A stretch of 64,000 nucleotides of DNA. Origin: Polyangiales bacterium (lineage in GTDB: Bacteria > Myxococcota_A > Polyangia > Polyangiales > Ga0077539). The stretch spans positions 96,001 through 160,000 of the forward strand of contig JBGARZ010000008.1 of assembly GCA_044229975.1 (NCBI GenBank), given 5' to 3'. Shown in pieces: positions 1 through 8,559 of the stretch (its first letter is position 1; each line of letters begins with the position of its first letter). The notes under the pieces are model-generated. The model saw nothing but the letters and a program-made list of their open reading frames with translations. It did not search any database and had not been told where the DNA came from. Both the position numbers and the translations under genes were made by a program.

Positions 1-385
1 CGAGCGTGGTGAGCGACGGAAGACGAACGAGCGGCGGCGAGAGGTGCGAGACGGCGCCGCCCTCCTGGTCGCTCGCGATGATGATGGGAGGCGTTCCGGT
101 CGGGCGGCGGGCGTTGATGGCGGCCGTGAGGACACACAACGCAGCGGCCGATGGGGCGTTGTCGCGGGTGAGGATGACCGCGCCGAGGGCTCCTTCGGCG
201 ATGCGATGGGCGGCCCATGGATGGAGGCCGCGGGTGCGCCAGCCCGCGAGGAGGCAGCGGCCGGCGAGCGCGAGGAGTTCGGGCGGTGGCGGCGGGAGCG
301 CGGCGATCGGGCGGCGGAGCTGCGCGAGGGAGGTCGCGCCGTGCAGGCCCAGGGTGATCGCGGCGAGGGCCGTTCGTCGGTGCAT
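1..385 (-). CDS. Glycoside hydrolase family 3 N-terminal domain (NagZ-like beta-N-acetylhexosaminidase), runs off the window edge
   Basis: Not in the ORF track. Minus-strand reading from ATG at 385 gives MHRRTALAA...GAVILTRDN...IIIASDQEGGAVSHL, matching the GH3 'xDQEGGxVxRL' motif. Confidence 0.75.
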   Translation of the reverse strand, partial: MHRRTALAAITLGLHGATSLAQLRRPIAALPPPPPELLALAGRCLLAGWRTRGLHPWAAHRIAEGALGAVILTRDNAPSAAALCVLTAAINARRPTGTPPIIIASDQEGGAVSHLSPPLVRLPSLTTL

Positions 386-461
386 CGGGTGGTGGAGGGT
401 GCTCGGCAGGGGGAGGAGGGCCCTTGCGGTGGAGCGAGGCGGAGGGTACCTGACGCGGACC

Positions 462-1394
462 ATGTCGGAGAAGCCCGCAGTGAGTGAAGGTCCGAGCGCG
501 CCCCAACTGCCCGAGATGCCACGGCTGAAGTGGCAGAACCTCGCCGTCATCGGCGCCGTCATCGTCGGCATCTGGGTGATGGTGATTGCCAGCGGGTCCA
601 AGGTCGCCCTCGGGGTGACGGCAGTGCTCACGCTGGCGCTCGCGGGCGCGGGCATCTGGGTGTGGCGCTTCATCACGAAGCAGCAGGCGCTGATGAAGAT
701 CGCGCAGAAGGGGACCGCGAGCCCGGAGGGGCGCGAGGAGGCCCTGAAGGAGCTGGCCGCAGCGGGCGACAAGGACGTCATGAACGTCGTGCTGCGCGCG
801 CAGTTGGAGGCGCAGACGGACCCCGATCAGGCGCTGGCGACGCTCAACAAGATCGACATGAAGAAGGTTCCGGCGCTGGCGGTGGACCAGGTGCGGGGAC
901 TGAAGGCGCAGCTCCTGCTGCTCAACGGCGGACTCGACGAGGCGAAGTCGCTGTGCGCGGACATCCAGCCGAGCAAGGCGCAGGACGCGGCCTCGCGGGG
1001 CATGCTCGCGGCGACGGTGGCCGAGACCTGGGCGCGCACCGGGCGCGGGAAGGAAGCGCGGGAGATGCTCGCGACCATCTCACCCGACGACAAGGCGTAC
1101 GAGCAGTCGAAGATCCCGCTGCTCATCGCGCGGGTGTTCGCCAACTACGCGGAGACCAAGAACGGCCTCGTGCGCAAGGACCTCACCGCCCTCGCCAAGG
1201 AGAACATCAACCTGCTGGGGAGGTTCATGGACCCGCGCTTCAAGACCGAGGCGGGGCTCACCAAGATCGCGCAGGAGATCATCATGAGCGACCCCGAGAT
1301 GCAGAAGATGGCGATGAAGATGTCCGGTGGCGGTGGTGGTGGTGGCGGCGGTCGCGGACGACCGGGCACCTCGATGCGACCGACGCGTCGGTAG
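462..1394 (+). CDS. Hypothetical membrane protein, two N-terminal TM helices and a helical TPR-like region
   Basis: ATG at 462 downstream of GGAGGG; strong coding-like codon bias; two hydrophobic segments, then helical repeats and a Gly-rich tail. Confidence 0.7.
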   Translation: MSEKPAVSEGPSAPQLPEMPRLKWQNLAVIGAVIVGIWVMVIASGSKVALGVTAVLTLALAGAGIWVWRFITKQQALMKIAQKGTASPEGREEALKELAAAGDKDVMNVVLRAQLEAQTDPDQALATLNKIDMKKVPALAVDQVRGLKAQLLLLNGGLDEAKSLCADIQPSKAQDAASRGMLAATVAETWARTGRGKEAREMLATISPDDKAYEQSKIPLLIARVFANYAETKNGLVRKDLTALAKENINLLGRFMDPRFKTEAGLTKIAQEIIMSDPEMQKMAMKMSGGGGGGGGGRGRPGTSMRPTRR

Positions 1395-1395
1395 C

Positions 1396-2754
1396 TCAGC
1401 GTCGCTCGTCCACTCGCGGCAACGACCGCAGCCCCACCACCAGCGCCAACGCCACCAGCGCACTGACCGCCACGGTTCCAGATCGCATCGCCGAGGCGCG
1501 TCGCGTGAGGTCGATGGTCGGGCTCGCGAGCGCTCCGTAGAGGGCGCTGCCGGTGAGCAGCCCGAGGTTGGTCACCAGCGACAGCAGCGCCTGCGCCCGC
1601 GCGCCATCTGCACCACCCACCACGCCGACGAGGTGACGAATGGGTCCGCCCGAGAGCGTGCAGATGCCCGCCCCGATGACCGCCGACGTCAACGCATACG
1701 CGGGGCGTGACCCGGGTGCCCACGCGAGCGCCCACGCGCCAACCACGATCGCCGCGCCCGTGACCCTCACCACCTGCCGCGCACCGAGGCGGTCGATGAC
1801 CACGGCCGCGAGCACGGTGCCCACGAGGCCCGCCAGCACGAAGGGCAGGCTCCACGGCCCCACCTGCGACGGGGCGATGCCGACCACCACCGCCGCGTAG
1901 CTCGGGAGCGACACCGCGAACACCTGCCCCGCCCCCGTCGCGAGCGCGAGCACGCAGGTCGCGCGCACCACCGGCTCACGCAACAGACCCAACGGGACGA
2001 AGGGCTGCGCCACGCGACGCCCCGACGCCACGCTCGCCGAGAAGAACACCACCGCGGCCAGCACCGCTGCCACGAGCACGGGCGCTCCGAGCGCGCCGCC
2101 GCGCATCTGCCAGATCACGACAGCGAGCGAGGCCACCGTCGCGCACCACAGCGCGAAGCCGCGCAGGTCGAAGGGCGCCGGCTCCGTCGGGCGCTGCGAG
2201 GGGAGGAGCAGCGCCGTGAGCGCACCGCCCGCGAGCGACGCGACCGCGAGACCGGCGTAGAGGGCTCGCCAGGCGCGCGCGCCCACCACCGACCCGAAGG
2301 CCGACGCCACCAGGAAGGCCACGCCGTACGCCAGCCCGAGCAGCATGATGGCCCGACCGCGACGCTCCGCGGGGACCGACGCCGCCAGCGTCGCCGTCGC
2401 CAACGGGAGCAGCGGGCTCGCGCCGAGGCCCTGCATCCAACGACCCGCGCACGCCGCCACGATGCCGTGCGACGAGGCCGTCACCAGCGCCCCGACGGTG
2501 TACACGGCGAAGCCCAGCGACAGCGCGCGCGAGGCGCCGTGGCGGGCGTTGATCCACGCGGTCGTGGGGTTGCCGAGCAGGGTGCCGACGACGTACGCGC
2601 TGAGGAGACCGGCGGCCTGCGCGTCGTCGAGGCCGAGGCCCGCGCGCAGCGAGGGGAGCGCCGGACCGAAGCTGCCTCCGTCGAGGCCCGTGAGCATCGC
2701 GGCGAGCGCGAGCGTCACCGTCCCCCGCGCTGCTGCTTCCGATGATTGACGCAC
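1396..2754 (-). CDS. MFS transporter (DHA2/EmrB-like, ~14 TM)
   Basis: Many TM segments; GRWMQGLG, ERRGRA and DRLGAR motifs. Confidence 0.85.
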   Translation of the reverse strand: MRQSSEAAARGTVTLALAAMLTGLDGGSFGPALPSLRAGLGLDDAQAAGLLSAYVVGTLLGNPTTAWINARHGASRALSLGFAVYTVGALVTASSHGIVAACAGRWMQGLGASPLLPLATATLAASVPAERRGRAIMLLGLAYGVAFLVASAFGSVVGARAWRALYAGLAVASLAGGALTALLLPSQRPTEPAPFDLRGFALWCATVASLAVVIWQMRGGALGAPVLVAAVLAAVVFFSASVASGRRVAQPFVPLGLLREPVVRATCVLALATGAGQVFAVSLPSYAAVVVGIAPSQVGPWSLPFVLAGLVGTVLAAVVIDRLGARQVVRVTGAAIVVGAWALAWAPGSRPAYALTSAVIGAGICTLSGGPIRHLVGVVGGADGARAQALLSLVTNLGLLTGSALYGALASPTIDLTRRASAMRSGTVAVSALVALALVVGLRSLPRVDERR

Positions 2755-2791
2755 CTCGACGGCGCACGATACACGCGAGCGGAGGAGACAC

Positions 2792-3724
2792 GTGGGAACA
2801 CTCGTTCGCCTCGCCCCAACACCCCTGTGGGTCGCGCTCGGCTGGGTCTACGCCTTCATCGCCGTGAGCACCGCGGTGGCGATGTCCATCCCCCGCGTGC
2901 GGCGCTCGCCCGCCGTGCGCGCGCCCATCCTCGCCTGGTGGCCCGTGAGCGTCGTCGGAACCCTCGCGGTCTACTTCGGTCGACTGCCAACGGTGGTCGT
3001 CCTCGCGGCGGTGAGCGCGGGCGTGTACCGCGAGGCCCTCGCGCTCGTCGGCCTCCCCCCGCGGCTGCACCGCGCGCTCTGGGTCATCGGCGTGGCGCTC
3101 ACGGCGACCGTCCACGGGCTCATGCTGGTCGACGGGTCGGTCGCGACGGCGGTGGCGATGGGGGTCCCGCTGGCGGTGGTTCCGGCGGTGCACCTCGCGA
3201 TGGAGGGGAGCGCGGGCTTCGTGCGCGGGGCGGGCGGCGCGCAGTGGGCGATGCTCGCGACGGTGGGGCTGTTCTCCTTCGCCGCGCGGCTCGTCACGGG
3301 CGACGCGGGTGGGCCGTATGGAGGGCTGGGCGCGGGGTACGTGTTCTTCGTGCTGGTGATGTTGTCCGACGCGACGCAGTGGCTCGGTGGGAAGCTCTTC
3401 GGGCGACGGCCGCTCATCCCGCGGGTGTCGCCCAAGAAGACCTGGGAGGGCTTCCTCTTCGGCGCGGCGGCGTGTGCGCTCGCCGGTGCCCTCGCGGTGC
3501 CCTCGATGATGGGACTGTCGCGTGCGCTGGGCGCGGCGCTCGGGACGAGCGTGGTGGCGCTCGGACTGCTCGGTGACCTCATCGCGTCAGGGTGGAAGCG
3601 CGACGCCGGGGTGAAGGACTCCGGCAACGTCATCCCAGGCCAAGGGGGATTGCTCGACCGCTGCGACAGCATCCTCTTCGTGGCCCCGTGGTTCTATGCC
3701 TTCGTCGTCGCGACCCGGCCATGA
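2792..3724 (+). CDS. Phosphatidate cytidylyltransferase (CdsA/YnbB family)
   Basis: SPKKTWEG, GDLIASGWKRDAGVKDSG and IPGQGGLLDRCDS signatures. Confidence 0.9.
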   Translation: MGTLVRLAPTPLWVALGWVYAFIAVSTAVAMSIPRVRRSPAVRAPILAWWPVSVVGTLAVYFGRLPTVVVLAAVSAGVYREALALVGLPPRLHRALWVIGVALTATVHGLMLVDGSVATAVAMGVPLAVVPAVHLAMEGSAGFVRGAGGAQWAMLATVGLFSFAARLVTGDAGGPYGGLGAGYVFFVLVMLSDATQWLGGKLFGRRPLIPRVSPKKTWEGFLFGAAACALAGALAVPSMMGLSRALGAALGTSVVALGLLGDLIASGWKRDAGVKDSGNVIPGQGGLLDRCDSILFVAPWFYAFVVATRP

Positions 3725-4296
3725 ACCCCGCCCACGCCCTCACCCTCCTCTCCGCCGCGTCGGCCCTCACGGGCGTGCTCACGCTGGTGGTCGTTCGTGG
3801 GCCCGTGGCCGTCGCGGTCGCGGTCACCTGCGCGGCCCTCTCGATGCTGCTCGATCGCGTCGACGGCGCCGTCGCGCGCAAGCTCGGGCTCGTCTCTCCG
3901 ATGGGCGCGCAGCTCGACAGCCTCGCCGACCTGCTGGCCTTCGGCGCGCTTCCGGCGGTGATCGTCGTCGCACGACACCCGTCGCTCATCGCGGGTGCGA
4001 TCGCGGTGCTCTACGGGCTCGGCGCGGTGTGGCGGCTCGCGCGCTACGAAGAGGGCGAGCTGGTCGTCGGGCGATGGGGGGAGACGTTCAAGGGGGTTCC
4101 GACGCCGGCAGCAGCGGGAGCGGTGCTCGTGGCTGTGACGGTCGGTGTGGCGGAGCTGCCGATGGTGCTCGCGATGGCGGTGCTGATGCCGTCGGCGGTG
4201 CGCTATCCGAAGCGCGGCATCGGGGCGTGGCCGTGGATGGTGATGGTTCCGCTGGCGGTGGTCGCGCAGTGGTGGCGGGTGCTCGCGGGGCGATAG
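3721..4296 (+). CDS. CDP-alcohol phosphatidyltransferase (PssA-like)
   Basis: DRVDGAVARKLG...GAQLDSLAD motif, FKGVPTP; ATGA overlap with the upstream gene. Confidence 0.85.
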   Translation: MNPAHALTLLSAASALTGVLTLVVVRGPVAVAVAVTCAALSMLLDRVDGAVARKLGLVSPMGAQLDSLADLLAFGALPAVIVVARHPSLIAGAIAVLYGLGAVWRLARYEEGELVVGRWGETFKGVPTPAAAGAVLVAVTVGVAELPMVLAMAVLMPSAVRYPKRGIGAWPWMVMVPLAVVAQWWRVLAGR

Positions 4297-4307
4297 GGAG
4301 GTGTGAC

Positions 4308-4589
4308 GTGAGAGGGAGCGAGGCCCGTTCGACGCTGCTGCTGTTGGCCGTGGTGTGCGCGACGCTCGCGCATGCGCGGCGCGGCGAGGCTCTGAGTTGC
4401 GAGCTACCGACGGAGCGATTCACGGCGACGCTCGTCTCGGTGACCGTCAACGGCGTGCCGGTGAGCGAGCTCGCCCCATGGCAGCGCCACGACATCAGCG
4501 TGATCGGAGCGGGCAACGACGGGCTGTCGTTCAACGCGTATCGGAGCGGTGAGGCGTCGGCCTATGGGTACCTGGGGCGGGTGCCGTGA
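4308..4589 (+). CDS. Small secreted hypothetical protein A1 (paralog of 7970..8251)
   Basis: GGAGG RBS then GTG; signal-like N-terminus; clear paralog later in the window. Confidence 0.75.
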   Translation: MRGSEARSTLLLLAVVCATLAHARRGEALSCELPTERFTATLVSVTVNGVPVSELAPWQRHDISVIGAGNDGLSFNAYRSGEASAYGYLGRVP

Positions 4590-4852
4590 AGTGGGTCGCG
4601 CTGGTGTTGCTGGCGATGACGGTGGGCTGCGAGGCGTGTCCCGACTACGGTGACGCGGCGCCGCTGCGGGGCGGGGAATTTCGCGGCGTTCTGTCGGGTG
4701 CGTCGCCGACGGGCGGGTCGACCTTCCCCGCGGTGGGCGCCGAGGTCACCGCGACCGTCGACCGCGACGCGGGAACGCTCGTGCTGCGATGGATCGCGGC
4801 CGATGGAGGCGTGGTCGTGGAGACCCGGCGGATGATCGCCGTCGCTCGGTAG
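4586..4852 (+). CDS. Small lipoprotein B1 (paralog of 8248..8550)
   Basis: GTGA overlap; lipobox-like TVGC; CPDYGD and ATVDR motifs shared with the paralog. Confidence 0.75.
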   Translation: MKWVALVLLAMTVGCEACPDYGDAAPLRGGEFRGVLSGASPTGGSTFPAVGAEVTATVDRDAGTLVLRWIAADGGVVVETRRMIAVAR

Positions 4853-4905
4853 CGCTCTCTTCCGCGTGATAGCGTCGGTCGTTGCTCCGAACCGGGGATG
4901 TGACG

Positions 4906-7821
4906 ATGCGGCTGTCGATCTGCTTGATGCTCCTGAGCCTGCTCGCGGCGTGTACGCCGAGGGTCGAGCTGCTGCCAGCCAACGACGCCAGCGCCGACGG
5001 GGCGACCGGGCGCGACGCGACGGCCGACGCGCGGGTTGCGACCGAGTGCAGCTCTGACCGCGACTGCTCCTCGCAAGGGCTCGTCTGCGACCTCGACCAG
5101 GGGCTCTGTGTGGACTGCAACGCCCAGACGGACTGTCCGAGCGGCCTCGTCTGCCTGCGCCACGAGTGCCGGGCGGTGACCGCGTGCACCTCGTCGCGAA
5201 CGTGCCCCGGGCAGGTGTGCTCGACGCGGCTGGGGTTCTGCGTGGACTGCGACGCCGACCGCGACTGCCCCGAGACGCAGTTGTGCCGCGAGAGTCTGTG
5301 CGTCGATCGACCGACGCCGTGCCGCTCGTCGCGCGATTGCTCCGCCGGGGGATTGGTGTGCGACGAGGCGCAGGGGTTCTGCGTGGCGTGCGTCACGGAC
5401 GTGGACTGCCCCAGCGGGCGATACTGCAACAGCGCTCGCACCTGCGTCCGGCAGGCGTGCGTGCCCAACGAGACGAGCTGCCAGGACACGACGCGACAGC
5501 GCACCTGCAACGCCCGCGGGTCGGCCATCGCGGTCGCCGAGTGCGCCGCGGGGCAGACGTGCCGGGAGGGGCGGTGTCAGGTTCCGGTGTGCGTGGCGGG
5601 GGCGACGAGCTGCGACGCGGAGACGGGTGCGCGCCGCGTGTGCAACGCCGAGGGCAGCGGCTACGACGCGATGCCCTGCGAGGCGAGCCAGAGCTGTCGC
5701 GCGGGGATGTGCGTGGCGCGGACGTGCACGCCGGGCAGCGCGACGTGTGTGACGACGAGTGCGAGGAGTGTGTGCAACGCCGACGGACTCGGGTCGACCT
5801 CGGCGGCGTGCGCGACGGGCGAGAGCTGCCGCGAGGGCGTGTGCATGGCGCGGACGTGCACACCGGGGAGCGCGACGTGCGCGAGCGCGACGGCGAGGAG
5901 CGTGTGCAACGCCGACGGACTCGGAGCGACGGAGACGCTGTGCGAGGTGTCGCAGCGGTGCATGGACGGCGTGTGTCGCGCGCTCGCCTGCACGCCGGGC
6001 GCGTCGAGCTGCGCGGACTCGCGGACGGCGCGGGTGTGCAGCGCCGACGGGCTGAGCAGCATGACGCTGACGTGCCCGGGGATGTCGAGCTGCGTGGGGA
6101 CGGTGTGTAGCTCGTGGGTGTGCACGCCGGGCAGTGCGACGTGCGCGTCGACCACGACGCGGAGCGTGTGCAACGCCGATGGGTTGGCGAGCACGACGAG
6201 CGCGTGCCCGACGCCCGCCAACGGGACCGCGCCGCGGTGCGCGGATGGGGCGTGCGCGTTTGATTGCAATGCGGGCTTTGCGGACTGCAACCGCACGGCA
6301 GCGGATGGCTGCGAGGTGGGCACGGCGACGAGCGTGGCGCACTGCGGCGGCTGCGGGCGAGCCTGCGAGGCGCGGCCCAATACGTCGGCGAGCTGCGCGA
6401 GCGGGAGCTGCGTCTACGTGTGCGCGGCGGGGTTCGCGGACTGCGATGGGTCGGCGGCCAACGGCTGCGAGGTGAGCCTTGCGTCGACGACGGACTGCGG
6501 CGCGTGCGGTGTGCGGTGTGCGGCGAGCGAGGCGTGCGTCGCGGGACGCTGCGGGCCGGGGGCTACGTGCGCGCTGCCACAACGGGCGTGCGGGACGAGC
6601 TGTGTGGACCTTCGCAACAGCCTCACCAACTGTGGCTCATGTGGCAACGCGTGTCCGACAGGCCAGTCGTGCGTCAGCGGTCGATGCGCGCCGAGCTGCC
6701 CGGCGCAACGAGGCTACGTGGGCACCACGGGCAGTACGTGCCGCCTCGCGCTCGGTGATGCTTCGTACTGTCGCAGTGACGCCTCGTCTTCGACCCCGAC
6801 CCTCTGCCGCAATGGTGGTGTCTGCAATGACCAGGTCTGCAGCAGCACCTGCTCTCCCGGTCTCGCCCTCTGCGGCCGTGACTGCGCCAACCTCCAGGTG
6901 AGCCACCGCCATTGCGGCGCCTGCGACAACTCCTGCCTCTATGACCAGGACTGCGTCGACGGTCGCTGTGTGAACGCAGCCGGCTCCTGCACGTTGCCAC
7001 AGACCTCTTGCCCCAGTGGCTGCGTCGACCTTCGCAACAGCCTCACCAACTGCGGCTCATGTGGCAACGCCTGTCCGACCGGCCAGTCGTGCGTCAGCGG
7101 TCGATGCGCCCCGAGCTGCCCGGCGCAACGAGGCTACGTGGGCACCACGGGCAGTACGTGCCGCCTCGCGCTCGGTGATGCCTCGTACTGCCGCAGCGAC
7201 GCCTCCTCCTCAACCCCCACCTTCTGCCGCAATGGTGGTGTCTGCGACGGTGAGATCTGCCGCAGCACCTGCTCGCCTGGTCTCGCACTCTGCGGTCGCG
7301 ACTGCGCCAACCTCCAGGTGAGCCACCGCCACTGCGGCGCCTGTAACAACTCCTGCCTCTACGACCAGGACTGCGTCGACGGTCGCTGCGTCGCCGCAAT
7401 GGGCTCCTGCACGTTGCCGCAGACCTCCTGCCCCAGTGGCTGCGTCGACCTTCGCAACAGCCTCACCAACTGCGGCTCATGCGGCAACGCGTGTCCGACC
7501 GGCCAGTCGTGCGTCAGCGGTCGATGCGCCCCGAGCTGCCCAGCGCAACGAGGCTACGTGGGCACCACGGGCAGTACATGCCGCCTCGCCCTCGGCGATG
7601 CTTCGTACTGTCGCAGTGACGCCTCGTCTTCGACCCCCACCTTCTGTCGCAATGGCGGCGTCTGCGACGGCGAAGTCTGCAACAGCACCTGCTCTCCCGG
7701 TCTCGCGCTCTGCGGTCGTGACTGCGCCAACCTCCAGGTGAGCCACCGCCACTGCGGCGCCTGCAACAACTCCTGCAGCGTCGACCAGGACTGCGTCGGT
7801 GGTCGCTGCGTCGCTCCCTGA
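4906..7821 (+). CDS. Giant Cys-rich repeat lipoprotein (myxobacterial MXAN_6577-like repeats)
   Basis: Lipobox LAAC; ~43-aa CTPGxxxC...RSVCNADG repeats; CVDLxxxxxNCGxCGxxC modules. Confidence 0.85.
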   Translation: MRLSICLMLLSLLAACTPRVELLPANDASADGATGRDATADARVATECSSDRDCSSQGLVCDLDQGLCVDCNAQTDCPSGLVCLRHECRAVTACTSSRTCPGQVCSTRLGFCVDCDADRDCPETQLCRESLCVDRPTPCRSSRDCSAGGLVCDEAQGFCVACVTDVDCPSGRYCNSARTCVRQACVPNETSCQDTTRQRTCNARGSAIAVAECAAGQTCREGRCQVPVCVAGATSCDAETGARRVCNAEGSGYDAMPCEASQSCRAGMCVARTCTPGSATCVTTSARSVCNADGLGSTSAACATGESCREGVCMARTCTPGSATCASATARSVCNADGLGATETLCEVSQRCMDGVCRALACTPGASSCADSRTARVCSADGLSSMTLTCPGMSSCVGTVCSSWVCTPGSATCASTTTRSVCNADGLASTTSACPTPANGTAPRCADGACAFDCNAGFADCNRTAADGCEVGTATSVAHCGGCGRACEARPNTSASCASGSCVYVCAAGFADCDGSAANGCEVSLASTTDCGACGVRCAASEACVAGRCGPGATCALPQRACGTSCVDLRNSLTNCGSCGNACPTGQSCVSGRCAPSCPAQRGYVGTTGSTCRLALGDASYCRSDASSSTPTLCRNGGVCNDQVCSSTCSPGLALCGRDCANLQVSHRHCGACDNSCLYDQDCVDGRCVNAAGSCTLPQTSCPSGCVDLRNSLTNCGSCGNACPTGQSCVSGRCAPSCPAQRGYVGTTGSTCRLALGDASYCRSDASSSTPTFCRNGGVCDGEICRSTCSPGLALCGRDCANLQVSHRHCGACNNSCLYDQDCVDGRCVAAMGSCTLPQTSCPSGCVDLRNSLTNCGSCGNACPTGQSCVSGRCAPSCPAQRGYVGTTGSTCRLALGDASYCRSDASSSTPTFCRNGGVCDGEVCNSTCSPGLALCGRDCANLQVSHRHCGACNNSCSVDQDCVGGRCVAP
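6601..7812 (+). repeat. Three tandem ~420-bp (140-aa) coding repeats
   Basis: TG(T/C)GT(G/C)GACCTTCGCAACAGCCTCACCAACTG recurs at 6601, 7021 and 7441 with near-identical downstream sequence. Confidence 0.95.
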
Positions 7822-7929
7822 TCGACACCGTCACTCCTCCGCCCGACGCCGAGCGCCAACGGCCCGTTCAGTGTGACCAACGGGCACCGCTGTCGCCGTG
7901 GCCTTTGCTACGTTGCGCCCGCGGCGCGC

Positions 7930-7945
7930 TGGCATCGCGCTCGCT
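7930..7945 (+). promoter_or_regulatory. Candidate sigma-54 (-24/-12) promoter
   Basis: TGGCATCGCGCTCGCT = GG-N10-GC, ~25 bp upstream of the GTG at 7970; chance matches are common at this GC content. Confidence 0.3.
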
Positions 7946-7969
7946 ATGACGCCGGTCGGAGGCTTTGCT

Positions 7970-8251
7970 GTGAAAGTACGTGACGCCCGCTCAACGCTGC
8001 TGATGTTGACCGCCCTGTGCGCCGTGCTCGGGCACGCCCGTCGCGGCGAAGCGCTGAGCTGCGCCCTCCCGACGGAGCACTACACGTTGACCATCGTCTC
8101 CGTCACGGTGGACGGCTCGCCCGCGAGCGACCTCGGCCCCTGGCAGCGTCACGCGATCACCATGACCAGCACCTACAACGGCGTCGCCAGCGTGCGCGGG
8201 TACCGCGCCGACGAGGCGGACTTCTACCTGTCGCTGGAGCCGCAACCGTGA
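7970..8251 (+). CDS. Small secreted hypothetical protein A2 (paralog of 4308..4589)
   Basis: GGAGG RBS; same length as A1 (282 nt); shared ARSTLL, HARRGEALSC, LPTE and PWQRH. Confidence 0.75.
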   Translation: MKVRDARSTLLMLTALCAVLGHARRGEALSCALPTEHYTLTIVSVTVDGSPASDLGPWQRHAITMTSTYNGVASVRGYRADEADFYLSLEPQP

Positions 8252-8550
8252 GGCGCTTCGTTTGGAGCTCGCTCGCGTTCGTGCTGTCGACGCTCGCGCT
8301 GTCTGGTTGTCTCTGGGAGGAAGGGTGCCCCGACTACGGAGATCCGCCGCCGGTCGCGAGCGGGCGCTATCGGGGCATCGTGCTCGGCAACCCGTCGCCG
8401 ACGCTCGTCGCCCCGTCGTCGATCCCGTCCGAGGGCGCCCCGGTGAGCGCGACCGTCGACCGCAACGCCGGGACGGTGCAGATGCGCTGGACCGCGTCCG
8501 ACGGCCGCGTCGTCGTCGAGACGTGGCGCCTGCAGCGGCTCAACCCCTGA
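8248..8550 (+). CDS. Small lipoprotein B2 (paralog of 4586..4852)
   Basis: GTGA overlap; lipobox LSGC; CPDYGD, ATVDRxAGT and VVVET motifs. Confidence 0.75.
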   Translation: MRRFVWSSLAFVLSTLALSGCLWEEGCPDYGDPPPVASGRYRGIVLGNPSPTLVAPSSIPSEGAPVSATVDRNAGTVQMRWTASDGRVVVETWRLQRLNP

Positions 8551-8559
8551 CCGCGCCCG

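Noticed and set aside
6..461. Long N-terminal extension of the 6..1394 ORF
   Set aside because: This stretch encodes the GH3 gene on the minus strand; the plausible + strand start is ATG 462
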